From NCBI GenBank assembly GCA_024274785.1, contig JAJSAM010000026.1:47048-111047 (forward strand): a stretch of 64,000 bases of DNA. The letters run 5' to 3'. The DNA comes from Planctomycetota bacterium. Its GTDB lineage: Bacteria > Planctomycetota > JAJSAM01. The notes below the pieces were generated by a model that was not told where the DNA came from, ran no database searches, and saw only the letters and a program-made list of their open reading frames with translations. Positions within the stretch are counted from its first letter, which is position 1. Every line of letters begins with the position of its first letter. Of the stretch, positions 18,813 through 28,456 are shown one piece after another. Made by a program: the position numbers and the translations under genes.

Positions 18813-20002
18813 GTGACCGCCGAAGTTCCGGAACACCGGAAGCTCCATCTGATCGGGCGAGGTTCTTCTTCGGGGGGCTGGTGGCGGCCTGGTTCATCGG
18901 CCTGTGCCTGATCCCCGATCCGCGACCGCTTGGGGCGCCGGAGTGGGCGGTGGGCCTGCTGCGCAAGGTGGCCGGGCTGTCCGAACCGATCGCGAGAGCC
19001 GGGGCCACCATCGCGCTGCGCGGGCTCGGTCTGGCGTTGATCGGCGTGTTGCTGTCGCTGACCTTCCGGCGCTTCCCCCTGAAAGTCGCCGCGCCGGTGG
19101 TACTCGTGGCGTCTCCGATCCTGGCCGTGGCCGCGCAGTGGATCAACTACGGATACTTCCCGATCCCGATGCAGCTTCAGCTTGGTCTGGCGGCCGCTGT
19201 CCCGGGAGCGCTGCTCGGGCTGAGTCTGCGCAGGAGCCGCCTGGCCCTGGCGGCGCTCGTCGTCGTTGCGATCGGTCTCTTCTCCTTTGGAACGGCGACC
19301 GGGATACCCGACGATCTCCACGAGGCTGCGCGCGCGACGGCGCGCTACGTGCTGGAGAACGCGGATGACGTCCCGAAGGGGGATGCCGGGTTCGCCCGCC
19401 TGCTTCACCTGACTTTCACCTACGCCGAGGACAACTCCCACCAGACGGGCGCCGTCTTCGCCAACCGCGCAGCCATCCTGGCTCTCGGGGTCATCCTCGG
19501 CGAGGAGTTGGTTGTTCGCGTGGCGAAGCGGCGCCTGGACTCTTCGAAGCTGGAGACGGCCAACAGCCTCGCGGGCGCCCGGAAGCTGCGGAGGAGGATC
19601 AGGCTGCGGGGCCGCGGAGACCTTTCGCAGCACTTCTGGGTCAGTGCTTCGCTGGCGGTGCTCTCCGACGACTCCCGGTCGATGACCGTGGGCATCACCA
19701 AGGAGATGATGGACGCCATTCCGGGTGGATCCGGCTTCTCCTTCTCGGACCTGGTCGCGGACCGTGCGGGGACGCTGTTTACGGTGGCCGCGACGCGGGA
19801 TGAGGAGTCGGCGCGGGCTATGCAGGCCCGGATCCGGAATGGGGTGGTAATCGATCAGTACTGCCCGAACGTGGAGGAGCTCCCGGACGGCATCCCGCGC
19901 GACGAGTTTCAGCAGGAATATGGTGGCCTGGGTGGGGTTCGGACGAAGAAGATCGTGGCCGAGATCCGGAAGCGTCTCGCCACCTGTGAAGCCCTGAAGT
20001 AG
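18809..20002 (+). CDS. Hypothetical membrane protein
   Basis: About 5 N-terminal TM segments; soluble domain with RGDLSQHFWVSA...KE..D...GGSGFSF.DL.AD. Confidence 0.75.
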   Translation: MSDRRSSGTPEAPSDRARFFFGGLVAAWFIGLCLIPDPRPLGAPEWAVGLLRKVAGLSEPIARAGATIALRGLGLALIGVLLSLTFRRFPLKVAAPVVLVASPILAVAAQWINYGYFPIPMQLQLGLAAAVPGALLGLSLRRSRLALAALVVVAIGLFSFGTATGIPDDLHEAARATARYVLENADDVPKGDAGFARLLHLTFTYAEDNSHQTGAVFANRAAILALGVILGEELVVRVAKRRLDSSKLETANSLAGARKLRRRIRLRGRGDLSQHFWVSASLAVLSDDSRSMTVGITKEMMDAIPGGSGFSFSDLVADRAGTLFTVAATRDEESARAMQARIRNGVVIDQYCPNVEELPDGIPRDEFQQEYGGLGGVRTKKIVAEIRKRLATCEALK

Positions 20003-20116
20003 CCCGCAGGCACATTCGGAACCACCCCCCGGGGGGCGGTACACCCGGGCCGCCACGCTGGGCCCGAAGCCGATCGCGATTCTGGATGCGTGGCTGGCGC
20101 GGCGGCTGTCGCGAAA

Positions 20117-20716
20117 TCACCCAACCCGCGTCGCACCGGTGCGGCGGCGGCGGATCAGCACGACGCCGATCGTCAGGCCGACGCCGAAAAGCAGCAGGGT
20201 GGATGGTTCCGGAGTCATGGAGATCAGGACCGCGCCGTCGTCGCCGGCGTTCCCGAACCAGGGCGTCCCGGACCCGGCGCTGTAGATGTAGTTTCCGCCG
20301 GAGTACGGATCGAAGGGGGATCCACCGAACAGACCGCTTCCGGTGGTCACCTGCGCGGTGATCGCGTAGACCGTGCCGGTCGTGATCGCGAGATCGGGAC
20401 TGAAACTGTACGTGCCGGCGATTGTTACTTCCAGGGGTGCGCCGGTGTAGAGCGCGGCTCCGGTGGGGAGTCCACCGGTCGTTTCGTAGACCGCTCCGGC
20501 AAAAAACAGATTGCCATCCGCGGCGACGGAGAGCAGGAATCCAAATTCGGAAAGGACGGGCCCGGCCGCGGTGAACGTCTGGCCGACCCAGTCCGAAGTC
20601 GAGACCCCCACGGCCGCGGTGCCCGGACGCGTATCGATCACGACTCCCGCCTGAGCGGTGGATGCGGCGAAAACCAGAAGCGCGAGAGAAGTCGCTGTGA
20701 CGAAACCGGTTCGCAT
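20117..20716 (-). CDS. PEP-CTERM sorting domain protein
   Basis: Signal peptide ending AQA; C-terminal TPEPSTLLLFGVGL, TM segment, RRRR. Confidence 0.9.
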   Translation of the reverse strand: MRTGFVTATSLALLVFAASTAQAGVVIDTRPGTAAVGVSTSDWVGQTFTAAGPVLSEFGFLLSVAADGNLFFAGAVYETTGGLPTGAALYTGAPLEVTIAGTYSFSPDLAITTGTVYAITAQVTTGSGLFGGSPFDPYSGGNYIYSAGSGTPWFGNAGDDGAVLISMTPEPSTLLLFGVGLTIGVVLIRRRRTGATRVG

Positions 20717-20770
20717 GGGGCCTCCTGTTCCGTGTGTGCCTGCTGGTGGAATTCTAGCCCGCATCTCTTG

Positions 20771-20933
20771 GGGCCCGTCTGGAAATAACTGCTGCATTCG
20801 AGGGCCGCTGCATCCCGCTACGCTTTGTTGCTCGTCGGTTGAAACCAGCAAGGTTGCGCCCTCCTCGAGCCTCGTTTCTCGGGCGCCGCGGCGCTCTCGG
20901 TGCAACGGGCGCACAAATTTTCCAGACGAGCCC
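20771..20933 (+). mobile_element. Family A MITE/REP-like element, full length (163 bp)
   Basis: Terminal inverted repeats gggcccgtctggaaa / tttccagacgagccc; core shared with the 12766, 27792 and 59291 copies; a family C-like end (ctagcccgcatctct, 20754-20768) lies just before it. Confidence 0.8.
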
Positions 20934-20971
20934 TGACGATTGCACGCGATCTGAGGAGCGGATCCGGTACC

Positions 20972-22897
20972 TCAACGCCCGCGATCCCCGCCCGGACCGT
21001 CCGCCGTATCCGGCCGGTAGCCTCTCGCCCCGGCCATGCGATCGAGTCTCGCGGCGATCGCCCGGTCCCCCGCGAACTCACGCATGCGGGCCAGCTCGAA
21101 CAACCCCCGCGGTGCGGCGGGATGCGTCGCACCGCGTCGGAGTCCCTTTTCCATCTGGTCGATCGCCGCATCGATGTCGTTCCGCCGAAGCTCGATCCGG
21201 ACCAGGATCAGGCGGCACGGCAGCCGGAAGGGGTCCGCGGTCAGTGCTTCGATGAGGGGCGCTCGGGCCTCCTCGTCCCGGCCGAGTTCCGTCAGGACGA
21301 AACCGAGCCCCTCCTTTGCGCCGGCGTGCATGGGCTCTTCCGCGAGGATCGCTCGAAACAGGACCTCCGCGTCTCGCGGGTGTCCGCTCTCGGCGAGGAT
21401 CAGGGCCCGGGCGGCTCGACCTTCGGTGTCCCGGGGATCGAGGCGGCGGACCTCTGCCTCGTAGTGTCTTTCCGCGCGCTGAACACGGAGCATGATCTCC
21501 CGGTCCACGAGCGGGGCGCCCTGCATTGCCGACCGGCATCGCAAGGCGTAACGGCGCTGTTCGTACGGCGTGCCGAGGTTGGTGATGACCAGCGGAACCA
21601 GGCCAAAGAGCGAGAGCGCAACCGCGCCGACGGCGGTCGCGGTGCCCCGGCGCGTCTGGAAGAGGGCGATCCCGCCGATGAGTGTCAGGGGGATACCCAT
21701 CAGGGAGAAGAGGTCCCAGTCAAGGCGGAGCGAGAAGTTCACGTTCCAGAAGTTCGGGAACAGGACGAGGAAGACCGCCGCGACGGCGACGAAGCGGACG
21801 ACCGGGTCGCGTTTTGGGAGGCCGCGGGAAAAGAGGAGCAGGAGGACGCCGGCCGGCGCGGCGAGGATGATGAGGTTCAGCACCCCCACGAAATGCTCGA
21901 GGTCGAGGATCGCGTAACGGCAGAGCACGTTGGTCGCGGTTTTCGTCAGGGGCAGAATCGGTCCGAGATCCATGCCGCCGAGGAAGGAACCGTAGCGATC
22001 CGGACCGGCGACCGGGATCGTGCCGCTCCAACTTGCGAAGAAGAGCCAGGTGTAAACTGCGACGACGGGGACGAGGAAGAAGAGGGCGGCCACGGCCACC
22101 CGTTTCAGCCGGATGGGGGAGAACCGGCCGCCGTTGGCGAGGAGTAGGAGGGACGGCAGCAGGAGTCCGGCGGATCCGTGCAGGCCGAAAGCGATTCCGA
22201 GGACCACGGCGGGAGCGATGACGGATCGATCGTCTCGGAGTGTCCGAATGCCGAGCAGGAAGTACACGGTGAGGGCGGCGGCGAGAGGGGCGTATACCTC
22301 GATGGACCCGAAGAACAACACGGCTGTGCCGCAGGTGATGAGCAGGCCGGCCAGGCCGGCGCGGGCCGCACCGTCCGGGTAGAGCTTCCTTCCGATCCCC
22401 ACCGCGGCGACCACGAAGACCATCCCGGAGAGGACCGAGACGAGGCGCACCGCTTCGGCTGGAAACAGGCTGAACAGCTCGCGGATGCCCGACTGGATGA
22501 AGCAGGTGAGGGGATTGCTGGCATAGGCTTCCCCGGTGGCTGTCCGGAGCATGGTCGCGCTCGCATCGCCCGAGAGCCGGACCGTCGGCAGGAACCAGAA
22601 GAGGCCGCCGCAGCCGAGTACCAGGATGGGCAGTCGGGCGTGGCGGGGAATGAGCCGGGTTACGCGTCCGAAGAGCGACCCGACCCGATCCGCCGCACCC
22701 GGAACCAGGAACAGGACGAGAAGGAGCGCGAAGGAACCCGAGAGCGCGAGGACTCCCGGTGCCCGCCACGCCTCGATGCCGAAGGACGCATCGAAGTCCG
22801 GTCCGCGCGGAGCGGCTGCGCCAATCGCGAAGAGCGCGGTGAGCACCACGGCGGCGATGACGAGGACGATGGCGGGACGTGAGTTCGCGCGCGGCAT
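20972..22897 (-). CDS. Multi-TM membrane protein with C-terminal TPR repeats (possible GT-C glycosyltransferase)
   Basis: About 12 hydrophobic segments, LSGD and IEVY loops, TPR-like helices (AEVLFRAILAEEP.HAGA..GLG). Confidence 0.7.
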   Translation of the reverse strand: MPRANSRPAIVLVIAAVVLTALFAIGAAAPRGPDFDASFGIEAWRAPGVLALSGSFALLLVLFLVPGAADRVGSLFGRVTRLIPRHARLPILVLGCGGLFWFLPTVRLSGDASATMLRTATGEAYASNPLTCFIQSGIRELFSLFPAEAVRLVSVLSGMVFVVAAVGIGRKLYPDGAARAGLAGLLITCGTAVLFFGSIEVYAPLAAALTVYFLLGIRTLRDDRSVIAPAVVLGIAFGLHGSAGLLLPSLLLLANGGRFSPIRLKRVAVAALFFLVPVVAVYTWLFFASWSGTIPVAGPDRYGSFLGGMDLGPILPLTKTATNVLCRYAILDLEHFVGVLNLIILAAPAGVLLLLFSRGLPKRDPVVRFVAVAAVFLVLFPNFWNVNFSLRLDWDLFSLMGIPLTLIGGIALFQTRRGTATAVGAVALSLFGLVPLVITNLGTPYEQRRYALRCRSAMQGAPLVDREIMLRVQRAERHYEAEVRRLDPRDTEGRAARALILAESGHPRDAEVLFRAILAEEPMHAGAKEGLGFVLTELGRDEEARAPLIEALTADPFRLPCRLILVRIELRRNDIDAAIDQMEKGLRRGATHPAAPRGLFELARMREFAGDRAIAARLDRMAGARGYRPDTADGPGGDRGR

Positions 22898-23001
22898 GGG
22901 ACGCGGATTCTACCAGCAATCCGGGCTGGTCGGGCGGGGCCAATCAGAAGGCGGGGCGCCGAGAGGTCCGTCGGCCTCGAGCGAACAGGAGGGTGGCCCG
23001 G

Positions 23002-24474
23002 CTACGCGGGATCTCCGACCTTCGCGTTCAACACCGGATCGATCCCCACCCGCCGGGCCAGGTCGGAGATGAACAGGCCGTTCGGGTCGAGGCGCTTCTT
23101 GATCAGGAGGAGTTCGTTGTAGCGCGGGTAGACCCGGTGGAACTGCTCCGGGGTCAGGACCTGGTCCTTGGCGAGGTGGATCCGCCCGCCGCGCTTCACC
23201 GTGGCGTCGATGATGCGGTTCACCGCCTCCCGGCTCCGCTCTTCGTGACGCTTCTTCGGGTGGAACTCGAAGTTCAGGCTGTACCCGTTCTTCGAGAAGG
23301 AGAGCAGGCCCTCGTCGGCCTGGTGGGCGCGGAGGATCGTGGTGACCGGCGGACAGGGCGACGACTGGCAGATGGTCAGGATCTCGTCGATGGCCTCCTT
23401 CGCGCCGTGCTTCGGGAAGTTGAGCTGGACGGTGTAGCCGTGCGGTCCGCAGACGAGGTGGGCCGGCGGTACTGTGAAGCTCGCCTCGAAGTTGAAACGG
23501 AGGAACAGCTCGGAGGTGGTATTCCGGCCGGTCCAGCTCGCCAGGCGGCTCATGGTGTAGTAGAAGCGATTGAAGAGATAGAGGGCGGGGCGCTGGGCGT
23601 TCAGCATGAAGGAAAGGACCGGGCCGAACTTCTCATGCAGCGCCAGGCCGAATCTGCGGTGGTGTTCGAGGCGTCTGAACCCGGCGTCGAGGAACTCCCG
23701 GCGTTCCTCTTCGGTGTCCTCGCGATCCACCCACTGTGCGGTGTGGACGACGGATCGCCCGAGGCGCTTGCCCTTGCCGTAGGCGTCGATCCAGACCACG
23801 GCGGCGTCATGATCGTCCTTCAACTCGTCGAGCAGGGCGAGGAGCGCGTCGGTGTCGGCGGCCGGCGTGCGGAGGATCTTCACGAAGTTGGACTTGATCG
23901 GCACGAGTTGCAGCGTGGCGTCGATCACGATCCCGAGGAGTCCGATGCCGCCCATGATCGCGTTGAAGAGCTCGTGGTCGCGGTCGACCTCGACCGTTTC
24001 GCCGTCGGCCCGGAGCAGGGTCATGCGGATCACGCGCTGCGAGAAGTTGCCGTAGTGCCAGCCGTCCTTGCCGTTGACGTTGGCGCAGATGGCCCCGGCC
24101 ACGCTCGAGTGCGACTCCGTCGGGCTGCCCGGCAGGGTCAGCAGAAGGTGATGGACGTGCTCGTAGATGTCGATCAGCCGCGTGCCGGCCTCGACGGTGA
24201 TCCGCGCCCGCTCCTCGTCGAAGTCGAGGATCCGGTTCATGCCGCTCATGTCGAGGAGGGCGTGGCCGTCGTTCAGCGCCAGGTCTCCGTAGCCGCGACC
24301 GGCGCCGCGCGCGCAGATGGTCATGCCGTTGTCGCGGCACCACGCCAACGCCTCCTGGCACTGCGGGAGCGTCTTCGGGCGGGCGACGAGCGACCGCGTG
24401 GAAATGGATCCCACGAGTGAATGCAGCTCTTCCCACTGCATGAAGCTCGGGAGCGGCGAGTCTTTGGACGGCAT
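23002..24474 (-). CDS. FAD-binding oxidoreductase (DprE1/ALO-like)
   Basis: ARGAGRGYGD.ALN, AGAI..NVNGKD, GGIGLLG.I, GGRIHLAKD, K..LDP.GLF.SDL.RR. Confidence 0.85.
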   Translation of the reverse strand: MPSKDSPLPSFMQWEELHSLVGSISTRSLVARPKTLPQCQEALAWCRDNGMTICARGAGRGYGDLALNDGHALLDMSGMNRILDFDEERARITVEAGTRLIDIYEHVHHLLLTLPGSPTESHSSVAGAICANVNGKDGWHYGNFSQRVIRMTLLRADGETVEVDRDHELFNAIMGGIGLLGIVIDATLQLVPIKSNFVKILRTPAADTDALLALLDELKDDHDAAVVWIDAYGKGKRLGRSVVHTAQWVDREDTEEERREFLDAGFRRLEHHRRFGLALHEKFGPVLSFMLNAQRPALYLFNRFYYTMSRLASWTGRNTTSELFLRFNFEASFTVPPAHLVCGPHGYTVQLNFPKHGAKEAIDEILTICQSSPCPPVTTILRAHQADEGLLSFSKNGYSLNFEFHPKKRHEERSREAVNRIIDATVKRGGRIHLAKDQVLTPEQFHRVYPRYNELLLIKKRLDPNGLFISDLARRVGIDPVLNAKVGDPA

Positions 24475-24609
24475 GGATATCTCCGGTTGGATCACGGTCC
24501 GGCGCATCATAACCAGATCACCGCGCCACCGGCATTTCCAACGTTCGATGAACCCGGGGGCGACACTTTTCCGTGCCGGACGCCGGGTCGGTGATACAAA
24601 GGGCGAATC

Positions 24610-25491
24610 ATGAAGACCAAATCCGCAGTTCTCGCCATCCTCGCGGCGATCCTCCTTCTGCCGGCAGTCCGTGCGGAAAACGACACTGAGAACCTCTGGG
24701 AGAAGCGGGTGGCGGCCTCGTCCGACTCCATCGTCTTCGTCCGGTTCGTCCTGAAGATCCGGATGACCCGCGGGGATGAGACACAGGACTTCGAGCGCAT
24801 GCGCGAGGTGCAGGGCATTGTGGTGAACGATCAGGGGCTCATCATGAGCTCGAATGCGCACTTCGATCCGGCTTCGACCGCCCTGCTGCCGCCGCAGTTG
24901 CGCGGAAAGGTCGAAGTGAAGGCCACGCCGACGGACCTGAAGGTGCTCTTCGGCAATGAGGAGGAGGAGTACGAGGCGCAGTTGGTCGCCCGCGACTCCG
25001 ACCTCGACCTGGCCTTCGTCCAGATTCTCGACCTGAAGGGGAAGACGGTGAAGCCGATCGACCTCACGGCCGGGGTGGAGCCGGAACTGGGACAGGAACT
25101 CTACGGTATCGCCCGAATGGGGCGTGGGTTCGATTGTGTGCCGGTTGTGGTCCGGCTCTATGTCAGCGCGAAGATCGCCAAGCCCCGCCGGATGTGGAGT
25201 GCCTCCGGCGAACTCCCCGCTCCGTCCCTGCCGGTGTTCAATCAGGACGGTGTCCCGGCCGGGATCGTCTCCCTGCAGCAGGCGTCGGCCGGTGTCGAGG
25301 GGGCGGGCAGTCGGCGCCGGCCTTTCCTGCTTCCCCTCACCGATGTCGCAAAGAGCTTCAGGCTGGCAGTCAGGCGCGCCGCGGAGGCGTTGGGTGCGGC
25401 CGGTGCCGATGACGGGGGCGATGACGGGGGCGACCGGGCGGATGAATCCGAAGAGACCGGCGAAACGCGCGACTCCGGCGAAGGCGAGTAG
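24610..25491 (+). CDS. Secreted trypsin-like (S1C/DegP-fold) protein, probably inactive
   Basis: Signal peptide; GIVVNDQGLIMSSNAH, ARDSDLDLAF, PVFNQDG..AGI; the GNSGG motif is replaced by APSLP. Confidence 0.7.
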   Translation: MKTKSAVLAILAAILLLPAVRAENDTENLWEKRVAASSDSIVFVRFVLKIRMTRGDETQDFERMREVQGIVVNDQGLIMSSNAHFDPASTALLPPQLRGKVEVKATPTDLKVLFGNEEEEYEAQLVARDSDLDLAFVQILDLKGKTVKPIDLTAGVEPELGQELYGIARMGRGFDCVPVVVRLYVSAKIAKPRRMWSASGELPAPSLPVFNQDGVPAGIVSLQQASAGVEGAGSRRRPFLLPLTDVAKSFRLAVRRAAEALGAAGADDGGDDGGDRADESEETGETRDSGEGE

Positions 25492-25500
25492 GCGAATCCT

Positions 25501-25878
25501 TTGCTGAACCTCGTCCTCATCGCCATCGCCGGTGGGCTCGGTGCGCTGGCCCGCTACGGATTGACCAACCTGGTGCATAGGGTGCTCGGGATGTCCCTCC
25601 CGTGGGGCACTGCGGTGGTCAATATTCTCGGGTGCCTGGTCTTCGGTCTGCTCTGGGGATTGTCCGAGAGCCGGATGGGCTTTCAGCCGGAGCACCGACT
25701 GATCGTCCTCGTCGGTTTCGTCGGCTCTTTCACCACCTTCTCCACTTTTATCTTCGAGGTGGGAATGCAGGTGCAGGAGAGCCAGTGGATCGCCGTTCTC
25801 GGCAACATGGTGGGACAGAACGTGATCGGAATCCTGGCGCTGGTGGCGGGACTCTTACTGGCGCGCCTTGCGGCGTAA
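25501..25878 (+). CDS. crcB: Fluoride efflux channel CrcB/FluC
   Basis: GGLGALARY, PWGT..VN..G, GFVGSFTTFSTF. Confidence 0.93.
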   Translation: MLNLVLIAIAGGLGALARYGLTNLVHRVLGMSLPWGTAVVNILGCLVFGLLWGLSESRMGFQPEHRLIVLVGFVGSFTTFSTFIFEVGMQVQESQWIAVLGNMVGQNVIGILALVAGLLLARLAA

Positions 25879-25960
25879 GACGGTGAAGGAGTGATGCCGG
25901 AACAGCCACGCGGATCTCCAGCCGGTCCGGGCTGAACCGCCACTGGTCCCGCCGCGTGGA

Positions 25961-27772
25961 TCAGTCGATCTCTTCTTCCGCGAATTGGCGGGAAATCTCG
26001 ATGTTGTAGGCGCTGAGCAGGTCGGTGTGGCGGAGCAGGCCGACCAGGCGATTGTCTTCGGCCTTCACGACCGGCACCTCACCGTACCCCGAGTGAAGAA
26101 TGGTCTGCAGCGCGCTGTGCAGATCCTGGTCGGGGAGGACGCTGACCGGGGGGCCCATGATGTCCCCGGCGAGAAGCAGGTCGTCGAGGTCCCGCTCGAA
26201 GAGCGCCGACCTGACCTGCTCGATCGAAAGGATACCCACCAGCCGGTCGCCCACCTGTCCGATCACCGGGAAGCAGATCCCCGAAGAGTGGGCGACCAGG
26301 GACCGCAGCGTGGGCAGTCTCGATGCGATGGGGATGGAGATGATCTCCCCGGCCGGGTGCATCACCTGGGAGACCTTCAATTCGCGCAGCACGTTGATGT
26401 TCAACTCGCCCTGGTGGGCGGGAGAGGCGAACTTGTTCCGCACCTGGTTCCGGAAAATGGACCATCGTGAGGTGAAGAGCACGGCGATGACCGTAACGAG
26501 CATGAGCGGGGCGATGATTCCGTAGCTCCGCGACAGTTCGAGAGTCATGAGCAGAGCGCCGAGGGGAGCGTTCGCCACCCCTGCGAAGAAAGCGCACATC
26601 CCGACGATCACCATGGCCGCGGGGTCCGGTGCGTAGCCGGGGAACAGATTGTTGGCCACCACCCCGAAGACGCCGCCCAGCATGGCCCCGATAAACAGGG
26701 TCGGTCCGAACACGCCTCCGGAGCCTCCCGAACCCATCGTCAAGCTCATGGCCACGATCTTCATGAGAAGCAGCAGGAGCATGGTCCCGACGAGCACATT
26801 GCCCTGAATGGCGTCCTGGATGAACCCCCAACCCGAGCCATATGCCCCCGGCGCGACCAGTCCCACGACGCCGACCATCAGACCGCCGATGGCGGGCAGG
26901 GCCCAGGCCGGCACATGCTTGAGCTTCTCGAACATCCCGCTGATGCCCCAGAATACCTTGACCGTGAGTGCCCCCACCGGCGCGCAGAAGACGCCGAGCA
27001 CGAGGTAGAACAGGAGTTCGTGGGGATGATTGAAAGCGAGGTCGTGCGGCAGGTTGAAGATCGGATCAAATCCGAAGATGCCCGCGAAGATCGCGTAGGC
27101 GGTGACCGAGGAGATGACGCAGGGGACCAGCGCGTCGGTTTCGATGTCTTCCCGGTAGAGGATTTCCACGGCGGTGATGGCGCCGCCCAGAGGAGCGCGG
27201 AAAATGGCTCCGAAGCCCCCCGCCGCGCCGGCGAGGAGAAGGATGCGGCGGTCCCGGGCGTTCATGTGGAACAAGCCGGCCAGCATGGAACCGAATCCGC
27301 CGCCGATCTGGGCGATGGGCCCCTCCCGGCCGGATGCTCCCCCGAAGCCCAGCGTGAACAGCGTGCCGATCGCTTTGACGAGCGGGACGCTTGGCCGCAT
27401 CCGCCCCCGCTTCTTGTGGAAGGAGTCGATCAACGCTTCCGTGCCGACACCGGCAGCCTCCGGGGCAAACCGTTGGACGATGACGCCGGAGATCAGTCCA
27501 CCGATGGCGGGCAGCAGGAAAAAGAGCCACGGCACGGGGACGAACGGCCCCGTGGCGTGGAACAGCCCCTCGCCTCCGGGGTGCGTGCGCGGGGTTCCCG
27601 CCGCCAGGTCGAAGACGAGGAAACCGGTGAGATCCAGCAGGTAGTAGAAGCCGGCCGCGCCGAATCCCGACACCGCTCCGACCAGGACTCCGTAGAGGAC
27701 CCAGCGGCCCAGGCTTCGAAAGCCCAGGGACGGCTTGAATGCTTGACGGACTTTTTGCAGCAGGGCCTTCAT
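25961..27772 (-). CDS. CLC chloride channel/antiporter with C-terminal CBS pair
   Basis: GVGTE, GREGP, GGSGGVFGP motifs; two CBS domains. Confidence 0.92.
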   Translation of the reverse strand: MKALLQKVRQAFKPSLGFRSLGRWVLYGVLVGAVSGFGAAGFYYLLDLTGFLVFDLAAGTPRTHPGGEGLFHATGPFVPVPWLFFLLPAIGGLISGVIVQRFAPEAAGVGTEALIDSFHKKRGRMRPSVPLVKAIGTLFTLGFGGASGREGPIAQIGGGFGSMLAGLFHMNARDRRILLLAGAAGGFGAIFRAPLGGAITAVEILYREDIETDALVPCVISSVTAYAIFAGIFGFDPIFNLPHDLAFNHPHELLFYLVLGVFCAPVGALTVKVFWGISGMFEKLKHVPAWALPAIGGLMVGVVGLVAPGAYGSGWGFIQDAIQGNVLVGTMLLLLLMKIVAMSLTMGSGGSGGVFGPTLFIGAMLGGVFGVVANNLFPGYAPDPAAMVIVGMCAFFAGVANAPLGALLMTLELSRSYGIIAPLMLVTVIAVLFTSRWSIFRNQVRNKFASPAHQGELNINVLRELKVSQVMHPAGEIISIPIASRLPTLRSLVAHSSGICFPVIGQVGDRLVGILSIEQVRSALFERDLDDLLLAGDIMGPPVSVLPDQDLHSALQTILHSGYGEVPVVKAEDNRLVGLLRHTDLLSAYNIEISRQFAEEEID

Positions 27773-27791
27773 CGGGACAGATCGGTCCTCA

Positions 27792-27949
27792 GGGGCCGCG
27801 CAAGAATAACTACGGGGTTCGAGGGCGGCTGCATCCCCTTGAGCCGCGTTGCTCGTCTGTTGAAACCAGTGAGGTTGCGCCCTCCTCGCGCCTTGCCGGG
27901 CGGGCGCATCAGCGCTCTCCGTCCTGCGAAGATATTCTTGCGCAGCCTC
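27792..27949 (+). mobile_element. Family A element with variant terminal repeats (158 bp)
   Basis: TIRs ggggccgcgcaagaata / tattcttgcgcagcctc; core ttcgagggc.gctgcatccc...gttgctcgtc.gttgaaaccag...ggttgcgccctcctcg shared with the 20771 copy. Confidence 0.8.
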
Positions 27950-28456
27950 TTACTCCTGGTCTGGTCATGATTGTCTTCTCCAATACCGCCACCGGGAACT
28001 CCGGTGGGCCCGCTCCGCCGCGGGGCGGGACAGACCACCGCCACGATCGGCTGATCAGGGGTGGTGAGACTGGCGTACAGGCAAGCTGCCGTCACGTCAA
28101 GACGATGCCGTCATTGTCCTCTTCGGAGCAGGCGAACGAAGTTTCTCCGCAGCGCCCGGCCACGCTTCGGAAGATGGCGCCGGCATTGCCTCCCGGCGAT
28201 GGGTCCGGGAGACCTCGCATCTTCGGGTGCGCGGGGTTTCTTCCTTCGTCGGAAGGGGATGACCTTGCTCCCCCCCCCGGGACGGCGCGAGGCCGGAGAG
28301 AAACCCGGAGAGAACATGCGCAAGGCTCTTCGCATTGAGCGATCTCGGCTTACAATGGTGCCGGGTAGGGCGACTCGTGCCAGGGATGGCCTGCCGGCCA
28401 TGCGGATCCGTCGGCATGACCAGATCCGTCCTGGCAAGAGAGTGCGGGGGTCGCTC

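Noticed and set aside
25501-27772. crcB plus CLC as a fluoride-resistance unit with a fluoride riboswitch
   Set aside because: The genes are convergent; the CLC has GREGP/GVGTE rather than the CLC-F GNNLI/GREGT signatures; no riboswitch consensus was recognisable upstream of either gene.
27950-28456. Riboswitch or ncRNA between clc and the FHA genes
   Set aside because: Only GC hairpins (e.g. ccaccgggaactccggtgg); no consensus I can identify without a covariance-model search.
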